In this document: one piece after another, positions 27,630 through 37,135 of the stretch
Layout of the letters: the number at the start of each line of letters is the position of its first letter
Position numbering within the stretch: the stretch's first letter is position 1
Assembly (NCBI GenBank): GCA_018396655.1
Contig: JAGTQF010000001.1
Location: 63,844 to 127,843 of the forward strand
Reading direction: 5' to 3'
DNA length: 64,000 bases
From: Candidatus Bathyarchaeota archaeon
Lineage (GTDB): Archaea > Thermoproteota > Bathyarchaeia > Bathyarchaeales > DTEX01
The notes under the pieces: generated by a model
The model's database searches: none
What the model was told of the DNA's origin: nothing
Seen by the model: only the letters and a program-made list of their open reading frames with translations
Position numbers and translations under genes: made by a program

Positions 27630-27795
27630 CTCTAAACACCATCTCTAACAATGAAGAAAGCACGCCATTAAAATTAAGAGCAAAGGATTTTTAAAAGCAT
27701 CCTTCACTCAGCCAAAAATGGGGGATTGAGAGGAAAAGATAGGGTTATAGGCATGCCCTCAAAATTTATTTTTCGAGGATAACCTGGAGAGAACA

Positions 27796-29514
27796 ATGCC
27801 AGGAGCATTAAACGAGAAATTTATAAAAGACTTGGTTGATGTCTCCCTTAACGAGATTTCCCCAGAGAATGCTGTTGCCATGATGATTTATGGACCTTTT
27901 GCCAGCGGATATGCTGATGAAAAAGTTGCCATAGATATTCTAGTAATTACGAGCTCGGAGAATTTTGTATTAAGCAGCTCCTCTAGGCTTATAGGTCCTC
28001 ATAGAACCCGCATATTAATGTCTGGCAGAAAAATTTTTGAGATGGATGTTGAGAGCGGATGGCTGGGCGGTCTACTTGCCGAAAACCTGTTGACCCCCTA
28101 CCAACCACTATTAAACCAAGACTATTTATGGAACCAGGAGGTAAAGGCTAAGAAGAGGATAATCGATGAGATTTTAAATAACCTTATTCTGGGCTTTCCA
28201 GAGATGTCAAAGCTATTTATGCTTAAGCCAGAATATTTCATGTTTGAGGCGATGGCTCGTAGGGCAGCCTTATTCCCCCTCTTAACTTATAGGTTTCTTA
28301 ATGTTTTGAGAGGTGACTTGAGAGAGAGGAATTGTTCTCTCGTGATGAGGGGTTTTGAGGCTGCAATAAAGGAGTTAAGTGATGAGGGGAAGATTTATTG
28401 GGCTGATGGTTTCCTGAAAATCTCTGAGGAATATATTAATTCGTTGCGAAATAAAGGCGCTCTTAACTTAATAAGCATATTTAGGAAGATACGCATCAAT
28501 ATCATTCGATACGTGCTTAGGATTCTGCCGTCAATAATGGAGGGGCTCTTAGATGACTATAAAATTTATAGGTCTCGCTCACATGTACTTAGGGAGAAGA
28601 ATTTTGGGCCTAAAATAGGTGGGCTTGAGGACCCAAAAAGATACATATTTATTCCAACCGCCTCCGGAGTATTGCCCTTTAACGAAAAAATTACTGTAAA
28701 TAAGTTTTTAGAGGAGAATATGCCAAAGGAATATGCTTTAAAGCGTAGCATTAAAAGACTGGGCGGCGTCTTAAATAACGCATATAAGCTTAGAATTGTG
28801 CATGATGGCAAAGAGAATAACCTCGTGGTTAAAGTGTTTAATGACTGGTACGGTTGGAAATGGTTCCCTCTTGCACTTTGGGCTTTGGGAACAAGGGGTT
28901 TTGCCGTGCTAGGCAGGGCCAGGCTTGAGAGAGAATATGCCATAAACATGTATCTCTCAAGTCATGGCATAAACGTTCCAAAAATAATCTACATAAGCCC
29001 CGGTGAGAAATTAATCTTCCAGGAATATATTGAGGGGCGCAGCGCATCCGAAATAATTAGGCAGGTATGCAAAGTGAAAAGCGGGGATGAGAGAGACCGC
29101 TTACTCGGGATTATTAGGAGAATTGGAGGGGAGATTGCGAGAATTCATGCGTTTGGCATATCCCTAGGGGACTGTAAGCCGGAAAACATTATATTATCAT
29201 CTGATGGGAGAATATTTTTTGTAGACCTTGAGCAGGCTGGGAAAAATGGGGACCAGGCTTGGGATATAGCTGAATTTCTATATTATTCCGGGCATGATTT
29301 CATTTTCTCGTCCCCAAAGATTGTTGAGATGGTTGCGAGGGAATTTATTTCTGGGTATTTGGAGGCTCATGGAAAAATTGAGAATGTTAGGAAGGCGACT
29401 TCCTTAAAATACGTGAAGGTTTTCAGCTTCTTTACACCACCACACATACTATTCGTCACATCATCGGTTTGCAGGAAAATCGTAAAGGAGTATGTAGTCA
29501 AAGAGATGGGTTAA
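27796..29514 (+). CDS. fusion protein: N-terminal nucleotidyltransferase-like region plus C-terminal Kdo/RIO/Bud32-like protein kinase domain
   Basis: 572 aa. The C-terminal kinase core is LVVKVF (Lys), EREYAINMYLSSHGINVPK, LIFQEYIEG, then catalytic LGDCKPENIIL and FFVDLEQAG. The N-terminal MMIYGPFASGYADEKVAIDILVI resembles a minimal NTase motif but lacks the second Asp. Confidence 0.6.
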   Translation: MPGALNEKFIKDLVDVSLNEISPENAVAMMIYGPFASGYADEKVAIDILVITSSENFVLSSSSRLIGPHRTRILMSGRKIFEMDVESGWLGGLLAENLLTPYQPLLNQDYLWNQEVKAKKRIIDEILNNLILGFPEMSKLFMLKPEYFMFEAMARRAALFPLLTYRFLNVLRGDLRERNCSLVMRGFEAAIKELSDEGKIYWADGFLKISEEYINSLRNKGALNLISIFRKIRINIIRYVLRILPSIMEGLLDDYKIYRSRSHVLREKNFGPKIGGLEDPKRYIFIPTASGVLPFNEKITVNKFLEENMPKEYALKRSIKRLGGVLNNAYKLRIVHDGKENNLVVKVFNDWYGWKWFPLALWALGTRGFAVLGRARLEREYAINMYLSSHGINVPKIIYISPGEKLIFQEYIEGRSASEIIRQVCKVKSGDERDRLLGIIRRIGGEIARIHAFGISLGDCKPENIILSSDGRIFFVDLEQAGKNGDQAWDIAEFLYYSGHDFIFSSPKIVEMVAREFISGYLEAHGKIENVRKATSLKYVKVFSFFTPPHILFVTSSVCRKIVKEYVVKEMG

Positions 29515-29520
29515 GCGATT

Positions 29521-30858
29521 TTGGTGATTAGTTTGGTGGCGAGCATCATTTTTTATGGTGGTGTGAATGAAGTTGGTGGTAATAAGATACTCGTAAGAGA
29601 CGATGATACGAGTATCCTATTTGATTTTGGGGTATCATTTAAGCTTAGAGACAGCTTTTATTCGGCGCCATTCCTCTCACCGAAGAGTGGCTTAGACCTA
29701 GTTAAGCTAGGGATACTCCCAGATTTGAAAGGAGCCTACTATTTCGAGGACTCCGCACCGGAGATAGATGCCGTTTTCCTTTCCCACTCACACATGGATC
29801 ACTCAGCCCACATATCATTTCTTAAAAGGGAAATACCAGTATACTGCGGTGAAACAACAGCGACCATACTTAGCGCCTTAAGTAATGTTCATACAGCAAA
29901 CATAGAGTTCAACCTTAAGGGGATGAGATTTAAGACCTTCAGAACTGGTAATAAAATTAAAGTTGGTTCCATAGAGATTAGGCCGATTCACGTTGACCAC
30001 TCTGTTCCAGGCTCATATGGCTTCATAATTCATACGTCCTCGGGCACTATCGTTTATACCGGAGACTTTAGGCTACATGGTCTAAAACCCGAGCTGACAG
30101 AGGATTTCATTTCAGCAGCATCCAAAGAGCAGCCGGATGTGGTGGTTTGCGAGAATACAAATATGACTGAGGTGGAATTCTCCTCAGAGAGCGAGGTCAT
30201 GGCGAAACTTAATCGTATAATTGGTGGGACATCTGGTATAGTTCTGACAGAATTTGCCTATGCAGATGTTGACAGGTTAAGGTCTTTTCATGAGGTGGCA
30301 GTGGCAAATAACAGGCAGCTTGTAATATCATTAAGGCAGGCTTATATACTACATAAGCTTAGCGGCGACCCCCATCTAAATATGCCGAGACTTAAGGATG
30401 GAAATATTCTTGTATTCCAAAAGGAGAAGAGAAGGCATTTTAGATGGGAGCAGGAAATAATGGATACAAGTGAGACTATTAGTCCAACCGAGGTCTCTAG
30501 GAGACAGAGCGGAATAATACTGTTTATGTCTTTCTTCGATTTGAACTGGCTTGTCGACATAAACCCTTCGCCTGGAAGCTGCTATATACTCTCGGCTTCA
30601 GAGCCATTTAATGAGGAGATGGAGATAGACTTCGAGAGATTGCTGAACTGGCTTGAACATTACGGCCTACCACAATATCACATCCATGTCTCAGGTCATA
30701 TAACCCCATTACACCTGAGAGAAGCACTAAAGGCGATTAGACCGAGAAAGATATTTCCCATCCATGGAGAGCGTCCAAAACTTTTCAGTAAATTTATGGG
30801 AGACCTGGATAGCAAAATAATTATGCCAGAAAAAGAGAAAGTTTATGAAATTATCTAG
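29521..30858 (+). CDS. metallo-beta-lactamase / beta-CASP ribonuclease (aRNase J or aCPSF2-like)
   Basis: 445 aa. Landmarks are GGVNEVGGNKILV, the HxHxDH motif (LSHSHMDHSAH) and the C-terminal PIHGE motif. Confidence 0.7.
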   Translation: MVISLVASIIFYGGVNEVGGNKILVRDDDTSILFDFGVSFKLRDSFYSAPFLSPKSGLDLVKLGILPDLKGAYYFEDSAPEIDAVFLSHSHMDHSAHISFLKREIPVYCGETTATILSALSNVHTANIEFNLKGMRFKTFRTGNKIKVGSIEIRPIHVDHSVPGSYGFIIHTSSGTIVYTGDFRLHGLKPELTEDFISAASKEQPDVVVCENTNMTEVEFSSESEVMAKLNRIIGGTSGIVLTEFAYADVDRLRSFHEVAVANNRQLVISLRQAYILHKLSGDPHLNMPRLKDGNILVFQKEKRRHFRWEQEIMDTSETISPTEVSRRQSGIILFMSFFDLNWLVDINPSPGSCYILSASEPFNEEMEIDFERLLNWLEHYGLPQYHIHVSGHITPLHLREALKAIRPRKIFPIHGERPKLFSKFMGDLDSKIIMPEKEKVYEII

Positions 30859-31319
30859 AACTGCTCATATCTCCATGCAACTATTTCTTCTTCATGCAGT
30901 ACGTAGGCGTCGCATGCTACTGGTCCCCAAGTCCACTCTTTAGTTGTTGGGTTCCAGAGATACCATATCCAATATCTGTTTGGGTCTCCGCCTACGCCGT
31001 TTATGTGGGTTACGAAGACACCATATTGCCCAGTTATATATTCCACTTTAGCCACTCTCCTAATTGCCTCAAAGAGCGTGGACTCTCTTTGGACTAGAGT
31101 CCCATTATACCACTTCGCTGTTCCATTTCCATAGTCGATTAGAATATTAACTGGCATCAGTAATCTCTTGAGGTCTTCGGCCGCCCTTTCGTAGAGCCGC
31201 TTATACCGCTCGCTCTCGTTGTAATAGTATGCTGCCACATAGATGGATATTATTAGAAGGCACACCAACCCTAAAGAAATCCACATCCAGAGACCTTTTG
31301 CACCAGTCCTCTCACTCAT
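30855..31319 (-). CDS. membrane-anchored DUF4430-like protein (possible extracellular corrinoid-binding module)
   Basis: 154 aa. An N-terminal TM anchor is followed by VNILIDYGNGTAKWYNGTL...YGVFVTHINGVGGDPNRYWIWYLWN...YVLHEEEIVAWRY, a typical DUF4430 pattern. It overlaps the upstream gene by 8 nt. Confidence 0.6.
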   Translation of the reverse strand: MSERTGAKGLWMWISLGLVCLLIISIYVAAYYYNESERYKRLYERAAEDLKRLLMPVNILIDYGNGTAKWYNGTLVQRESTLFEAIRRVAKVEYITGQYGVFVTHINGVGGDPNRYWIWYLWNPTTKEWTWGPVACDAYVLHEEEIVAWRYEQF

Positions 31320-31911
31320 ATTTTCTCACCCCCATAAATACTAATTTCTTAATCAGGGTAACCAGACTGCTAAAGCCGAAAAAGAAGAAAAAGAAGTTTG
31401 ATATTTCATGGGCTAATGCAAAGGCTATACCTTGCAATATAACTGCTATAAGCGGTATGCCAAACACAATTCCAGTCACAATGTTCGTAAATAAATCATA
31501 AATGAAGGTTAGAAGGAAGCCAATTATTCCAAACTTCAAGTTCACCAACCAGATTTTATCATCATTCGTGTTCATGGATGATAGCTCTGAGCCAAGACCA
31601 AACTTCGCAGAAAGCCCACCAACAATCCCATATAGGCTCTCACCTACACATGTGGCGGCAAGAGTTGGCAGATTAAATCCTCTTGGATTTAGGGTTCCAT
31701 ATATAAGCCATGTTAAGATGCCGACAATAGCTCCTGGAACAGCACCCATCACATACCCGCTAATGAAAACAAATAAATCCATGAACTTAACATTTGGAAT
31801 CCACAACATGGCATAATTCGACGCCAAATTAATTGCCGTAATCATTATTATTAGGCTTAAATTTTTCGTTGAGAGCGATGGAAGTTTCATTATATTGGAT
31901 GGATAATCCAT
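31312..31911 (-). CDS. ECF-transporter S-component-like membrane protein
   Basis: 199 aa with about 6 TM spans. The segment IMITAINLASNYAMLWIPNVKFMDLFVFISGYVMGAVPGAIVGILTWLIYG resembles S components. No ECF A or T genes are present in the window. Confidence 0.55.
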   Translation of the reverse strand: MDYPSNIMKLPSLSTKNLSLIIMITAINLASNYAMLWIPNVKFMDLFVFISGYVMGAVPGAIVGILTWLIYGTLNPRGFNLPTLAATCVGESLYGIVGGLSAKFGLGSELSSMNTNDDKIWLVNLKFGIIGFLLTFIYDLFTNIVTGIVFGIPLIAVILQGIAFALAHEISNFFFFFFGFSSLVTLIKKLVFMGVRKYE

Positions 31912-31984
31912 CCAATATAAAAACCTTATTCCTCAATAAATCTAAATTCTATAAGCAAAAATATGTAGAGTTGGAGGGCAGAGA

Positions 31985-32848
31985 ATGGTTGAGGATTTGA
32001 GGCGTAGGCTTGCTCTTCTGGAGAACGAGGTTAATGTTTTGAGGTCTGAGATTGAGAAGGTTAGTGGGGAAGCTCGTTTGATTGCTGAGGAGAGGAACCG
32101 TATTAATGCTAGGGTTAAGGAGTTGAGGGTTGAGGCTGCGAACTTTAGGGATAAGCGTAACGCTCTAAATGAGGAAGTTAGGGGCTTGAAGGTTATGTTA
32201 GGTGAGCTTAGGCGGGAATACGATGAGAGGGTGAATGCTCTTAGGGAGTTGAGGCAGAGGATTAAAGAGCATTTAAGGGCTAAACCATCGAGGGATGAGG
32301 AGAGCCTAAAGAAAGAAATCGCCGAATTAGATTGGAGGATTCAAACAACCCCTCTGTCTCTTGATGAGGAGAAGAGGATTATTGAGCGTATTAGGACACT
32401 TGAGTCTCAACTATCATTCTATTTAAAACTGAACTCTATGAGAGACGAGATTTCAGCTATTGAGAAGCGTCTGGAGACTCTTCGGGAAGAGATTTCTTCC
32501 TGCAAGAACAGGATTGCTGAGACCATTGCTAAAAGCCAAGATTTTCATGATAAAATGGTTGAACGCCTTAAAGAGGTGGGTAGATTGAGGGCTGAGGCCG
32601 ATGAGCTACATAAGAAGTATCTGGAGAAGAGAGGGAAGGTTGATGAGCTCCGCCTTAAATATAGGGAGTCGCTCAACCAGATTTCAGCTATAAGAAAGAT
32701 TATTCGTGAGGAGGAAGAGCGTAAGAAGGCTGAGTTTATATCTGCTCTTAAAGAGAAAATTGGGAAAGAAGCCCTAGAGAAGCTTAAGCGTGGAGAAAAA
32801 ATCTCCTTTGAGGAGTTTAAGATTTTGGCGGAGCAGGGGAAGATATGA
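31985..32848 (+). CDS. archaeal coiled-coil protein (COG1340-like)
   Basis: 287 aa. It is almost entirely heptad-rich and E/K/R/L-rich, with no enzymatic motif. Confidence 0.5.
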   Translation: MVEDLRRRLALLENEVNVLRSEIEKVSGEARLIAEERNRINARVKELRVEAANFRDKRNALNEEVRGLKVMLGELRREYDERVNALRELRQRIKEHLRAKPSRDEESLKKEIAELDWRIQTTPLSLDEEKRIIERIRTLESQLSFYLKLNSMRDEISAIEKRLETLREEISSCKNRIAETIAKSQDFHDKMVERLKEVGRLRAEADELHKKYLEKRGKVDELRLKYRESLNQISAIRKIIREEEERKKAEFISALKEKIGKEALEKLKRGEKISFEEFKILAEQGKI

Positions 32849-32946
32849 GTGGGATAAATATTTGGCTAATAGGTTAAGTTAAACTTTATCTTTAACGATT
32901 TACTTAATCTATATGACACCCTGTTTATGTTTATGGGAGAGAATCA

Positions 32947-34167
32947 ATGCTTAATAGAGAGGAGCAGGGAGAAGAGATAGAGCGCATATTAGTGGTATGC
33001 GTTGATAGAGATAATGATGTTGGGAGAAAGGCTGGTGTTAAAACACCAATTTTCGGAAAGAAGGAGAATATCGACGCAGCGCTTAAGCTTCTCTTGGCAG
33101 ACCCTGAAGAGGCTGATGCTAACGCTATGTTTGAGGCTGTTAGAATATGCGACAGCCTAGAGAAGAGTAGTTCAGGTAGTCTCCTCTGTCAAGTCGTAAC
33201 GATAGCTGGCTCTGAACTCGGCGGTATTGCGGCTGACAGAAAACTGATTGCGGAGCTTAATGAGGCTCTCAAAGAGTTTAAGCCCAGTAGCCTAATTCTA
33301 GTTACGGATGGCTTCTCGGATAAAGATGTTCTGCCCCTAATTCAATCGAGGGTTCCAGTTACCTCCGTGAGGAGGGTTATTGTGAAGCACAGTGAGGCGA
33401 TAGAGGAGACTGCAGCTCTTCTCTCCAGATACCTTAGAAAGATAGTTGAGGACCCAAGATATTCCCGTATATTTATGGGTTTACCCGGCGTTCTACTAAT
33501 AATGCTTGGTGTTCTCTCTCTTCTCGCAGTCTTTATACGATATGATATTTGGATGTGGGCTTGGATTTTCGGCCTTATAATTGTTGGGAGCTACCTGTTT
33601 GGTAAGGGCTATGGTTTAGATAAAAAGATAGCGTCAGCAATAATGAAGATTTCACTGCCCCATGGATTGGTGTCCGGCTCATCCTTAGTCTTTGGCATTC
33701 TACTAATAATAGTAGGGCTTTACCAATCTATTTCCCAGATAACCTCAAATCCCGATGTTATTCCAAATCCTCCGCCTAGCGATTTAAATATTTGGCTGAG
33801 CCTCATGCCCAGAATTCTCGGATTAATCATCTCTATGTCAATAACAATAGTGGTCATTGGTTTCTCAATTATTCTGTTCGGTAGAGCCCTCAGATACATC
33901 CTTGAGCGGGATTCAAGATTTTGGAGGACTATAATCTTCATAGCGGTTTGCGCGTGGTCTTGGAAAATCTTTAACGAGGCTGCTGAAATACTGATTAATC
34001 CGTTACTGCCTTTAGATGATTTAATAGCATCAATAATTATTGGTGTGGTGATAGCTGCTGCGCTGATACCCATTACCCACTTTTTGAGTAAGAAATATAG
34101 GGTTTTCTTTAGAGAAAATAGTAGAGTGCAACAGAATATTGAGGAAGAAGAAAAAGGGAAGAGATGA
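32947..34167 (+). CDS. DUF373-family membrane protein
   Basis: 406 aa. The cytoplasmic N-domain ILVVCVDRDNDVGRKAGVKTPI...ADANAMFEAVRICD is followed by about 7 TM spans, which is typical of archaeal DUF373 proteins. Confidence 0.65.
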   Translation: MLNREEQGEEIERILVVCVDRDNDVGRKAGVKTPIFGKKENIDAALKLLLADPEEADANAMFEAVRICDSLEKSSSGSLLCQVVTIAGSELGGIAADRKLIAELNEALKEFKPSSLILVTDGFSDKDVLPLIQSRVPVTSVRRVIVKHSEAIEETAALLSRYLRKIVEDPRYSRIFMGLPGVLLIMLGVLSLLAVFIRYDIWMWAWIFGLIIVGSYLFGKGYGLDKKIASAIMKISLPHGLVSGSSLVFGILLIIVGLYQSISQITSNPDVIPNPPPSDLNIWLSLMPRILGLIISMSITIVVIGFSIILFGRALRYILERDSRFWRTIIFIAVCAWSWKIFNEAAEILINPLLPLDDLIASIIIGVVIAAALIPITHFLSKKYRVFFRENSRVQQNIEEEEKGKR

Positions 34168-34974
34168 ATGAGAGCGGCCGACGAAAAGATTGCTGATATT
34201 GCAATTATAGGCGGCACGGGATTAGAGGAGCTTTTTGAGGGTTTTGAAGCAATTAATGTTGGGACACCCTATGGTCTATCATACACGATATTTATTGGAG
34301 AGATTCATGGTAGGAGAGTTGCCTTCCTTCCAAGGCACGGCAAGAAGCATAGTATCCCACCGCACAAAATTAATTACAGAGCTAACATATATGCGCTCCA
34401 TAAAATTGGTGTCGAGAGAATCATAGCGACCAACGCCGTTGGAGCAATAAACCTAAATTTTAAGCCCGGTGACTTGGTGGTTCCACATGATTTGGTGGAC
34501 TTCACAAAGCAGCGCCAATTAACATTCTATGACCAAGCCCCGGTTGTGCATGTGGATTTTACTGAGCCATACTGTCCGGAGGTCCGCAAAGTTCTTATTG
34601 AAAAAGCTAGGGACGAGACTGGAGCGGTGCATGAGAAGGCTGTTTATGTTTGCACTGAAGGGCCGCGTTTTGAGACCCCAGCTGAAATCAGGATGTTTAG
34701 GGCTCTTGGATGTGATATTGTTGGGATGACCGGTGTGCCGGAGTCAATTCTTGCACGTGAGCTTGGAATGTGCTATGCAACGATATGCTTTGTCTCAAAT
34801 ATGGCTGCTGGAATATCCGGAAAATTAACATATGAGGAGGTTTTGGAAATCTCGAGAATTGTTATGCCGAAGATTCGGAGGATTATTGTGGCTGCAATCA
34901 GCGCTTTACCTAAGATTAGGGGTTGTAGCTGCCCATCGGCTTTGGCTAGTGGGAAACCATCTGGAGGAGCATAG
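34168..34974 (+). CDS. mtnP: S-methyl-5'-thioadenosine phosphorylase (PNP family)
   Basis: 268 aa. Landmarks are IAIIGGTGL, FLPRHGKKHSIPPHKINYRANIYALHKIGVERIIATNAVG and GMTGVPE. The ATG follows the upstream stop directly. Confidence 0.85.
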   Translation: MRAADEKIADIAIIGGTGLEELFEGFEAINVGTPYGLSYTIFIGEIHGRRVAFLPRHGKKHSIPPHKINYRANIYALHKIGVERIIATNAVGAINLNFKPGDLVVPHDLVDFTKQRQLTFYDQAPVVHVDFTEPYCPEVRKVLIEKARDETGAVHEKAVYVCTEGPRFETPAEIRMFRALGCDIVGMTGVPESILARELGMCYATICFVSNMAAGISGKLTYEEVLEISRIVMPKIRRIIVAAISALPKIRGCSCPSALASGKPSGGA

Positions 34975-34975
34975 A

Positions 34976-35758
34976 ATGCTTAAGACCTTATTATCACTAC
35001 TTGGGATTTACAAAATTTACGAGAGGTGGCTCTGGCACCAGATAAAAAACCATAATAAGCCGGAGCACATAGCCATAATTTTGGATGGGAATCGCAGATG
35101 GGCGCAGGAGAGCGGGCTTGAGCCCTGGATGGGCCATTATTATGGGGCTGACAAAACTAAGGATGTTCTAAAATGGTGTCTCGATTTAAATGTTAAAAGC
35201 ATAACGCTTTATGCCTTCTCGACGGAAAACTTCCAGAGACCGCGGGAGGAGGTTGAGAAGCTTATGCAATTATTTAAAGAGAAGCTCAAGGAGGTTCTGG
35301 AGAGCGAGGAGATACATAAGCATGAGGTTAGAGTGAAGGTTATTGGAAGGGTTCATCTGCTACCACCCGACCTTCAAGAGATGATTAGGATGGTTGAGGA
35401 GAAGACAAAAGATTATAATAAGCATTTTCTGAATTTGGCTATAGCCTATGGTGGAAGGGCTGAAATAATTGATGCAGCAAAGAAGATAGCCCAAAAGGTT
35501 GCTGCTGGAGAGCTTTCACTTGAAGATATAGATGAGAGGGTTTTTGAGCAGCACCTATACACGGCTTTTCTCCCAAAACAGGACCCAGACCTAATTATAC
35601 GGACATCTGGCGAGGAGCGCCTAAGCGGCTTTCTGCTTTATCAGGCAGCTTATAGCGAGCTATGCTTCCTCGACGTTTATTGGCCTGAGTTTAGGCGCAT
35701 AGACCTACTGAGGGCTATCAGAACATATCAGAGGCGCAAGAGGAGGTTTGGTAGGTAG
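34976..35758 (+). CDS. uppS: cis-prenyltransferase (undecaprenyl-diphosphate synthase family)
   Basis: The start is placed at ATG 34976, just after the mtnP stop. Landmarks are HIAIILDGNRRWA, ITLYAFSTENFQRP and IRTSGEERLSGFLLYQAAYSE. Confidence 0.85.
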   Translation: MLKTLLSLLGIYKIYERWLWHQIKNHNKPEHIAIILDGNRRWAQESGLEPWMGHYYGADKTKDVLKWCLDLNVKSITLYAFSTENFQRPREEVEKLMQLFKEKLKEVLESEEIHKHEVRVKVIGRVHLLPPDLQEMIRMVEEKTKDYNKHFLNLAIAYGGRAEIIDAAKKIAQKVAAGELSLEDIDERVFEQHLYTAFLPKQDPDLIIRTSGEERLSGFLLYQAAYSELCFLDVYWPEFRRIDLLRAIRTYQRRKRRFGR

Positions 35759-35774
35759 AACCCTCCCTAAGTGT

Positions 35775-36998
35775 CTAAGCCCTTTTCTTGGCGCTCACGA
35801 TAGATATGACATCTCCATCCTTAAGCGCATAGTCTTCTCCAAGCCTCCTCTTTGTCCGCGCATCCACAGCATATATAAAACTCTCTCCAAGCTCCGTATG
35901 AATCATGTAGGCTAATTCCCTAGCTGTAGTGCCACCGGGCACAAGCCTAGCCTCCGGTAGAACCCTACCATAATGATCCGTAAGTTTCTCTGGGTCCTCA
36001 ACTGGATAAACAACGACCATGTTTAGGAGCTTTTTAAAGGCTGCATTTATCGCTTCTTGAACACCTGTTGAGCCATATCGGTCAAGAATCCTCTCCTTAA
36101 TGGTCTTAAGTGCGCTTTTCTGCTTCTCATTGATACCGCTGGACTCAAGTATCTCAAAGCTTGAGCTGCCGGGTATATAATTGATTAATCCTTTCTCTGC
36201 AGCTCTCCTCAGGGCTAGCTCAGCCTCAGCGCAGCATGGTATAACTAGATAGCCGGTTTCTTTAAGTCTCTCAAGATTCTCCTCAGCGAATGGTAAATCC
36301 ACCTTATTTGCGGCTATTAGCATGGGCTTTGAGATTCTCCTCAACGCGTCCACAAAATTTAGGAAGTCGTTCTCGTTCCATCTTGTCGGCTTATCGGCGT
36401 TAAGGCCAGTAACCTTTAATGCCTCAAGTATATGTCTCTTCTTTATCGCTAGGCCGCTCAGCCGCTCCTCCAAGAGTGATGGTAGATTGGCGGCCCCAGA
36501 CTCAACTGTTCTAGCAAGCCTAGGCCAATCCCTCCTTATAATCTGCGCAAACCACATCGTTAGCTCCTTCTCAAGGAACTTCACATCCTCTAGGGGGTCG
36601 TGCATTCCTGGCTTGATAAGTCTGCCCTCTATATCGGTTGAGCCCGATGCATCGACAACATGTATCAGCGCATCAGCCTTCCTAATCTCATCTAGAAATT
36701 GGTTTCCAAGCCCCCTGCCCTGCCATGCGTCTGGAACTAAACCAGCGCAATCAATAAGCTCAACTGGTATTAGTCTCACACCATCAACACATACAGAGTT
36801 AACTGGATTATCCTTAACATTAAATTCTCTACATACGCATTGGGTTTTAAAGTAACCGATGCCTCTGTTAGGCTTTATGGTGGTGAAGGGGTAGCTTGCA
36901 ATCTCAACGGTTGCTAATGTTGCAGCACTAAAAAATGTGGACTTACCAACATTAGGCTTACCAACAATGCCAACCATCATGTGATTATTTTCCTCCAA
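35775..36998 (-). CDS. Obg-like GTPase/ATPase of the YchF/OLA1-DRG group with a C-terminal TGS domain
   Basis: 407 aa. G1 is GIVGKPNVGKSTFF, G2 is YPFTTIKPN, G3 is DCAGLV and G4 is ANKVD. The C-terminal TGS-like segment is ALKDGDVISI. Confidence 0.8.
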   Translation of the reverse strand: MEENNHMMVGIVGKPNVGKSTFFSAATLATVEIASYPFTTIKPNRGIGYFKTQCVCREFNVKDNPVNSVCVDGVRLIPVELIDCAGLVPDAWQGRGLGNQFLDEIRKADALIHVVDASGSTDIEGRLIKPGMHDPLEDVKFLEKELTMWFAQIIRRDWPRLARTVESGAANLPSLLEERLSGLAIKKRHILEALKVTGLNADKPTRWNENDFLNFVDALRRISKPMLIAANKVDLPFAEENLERLKETGYLVIPCCAEAELALRRAAEKGLINYIPGSSSFEILESSGINEKQKSALKTIKERILDRYGSTGVQEAINAAFKKLLNMVVVYPVEDPEKLTDHYGRVLPEARLVPGGTTARELAYMIHTELGESFIYAVDARTKRRLGEDYALKDGDVISIVSAKKRA

Positions 36999-37135
36999 AT
37001 AGGAGAATGCTGATTGGCATAAATGAGCATTCCGGTTGTAAGCTGCTAGGCGGATTAATTATATAGTTTAAGAGGAAGGAGGGGCTCTTAAGTTGATAGG
37101 GAGGTATCATCCAGAAGGGGTTTACGATTAAATTC

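Noticed and set aside
31375-31400. Purine-rich run gaaaaagaagaaaaagaag, which looks like a simple repeat.
   Set aside because: It is the antisense of TTC/TTT codons encoding the FFFFFF stretch in a TM helix of the S-component-like protein. It is a coding feature, not a repeat element.
34832-34975. N-terminal 48-aa extension of the uppS ORF overlapping the mtnP 3' end.
   Set aside because: The extension (MRRFWKSRELLCRRFGG...) is an out-of-frame reading of mtnP. The conserved UppS sequence begins at the ATG at 34976, directly after the mtnP stop.
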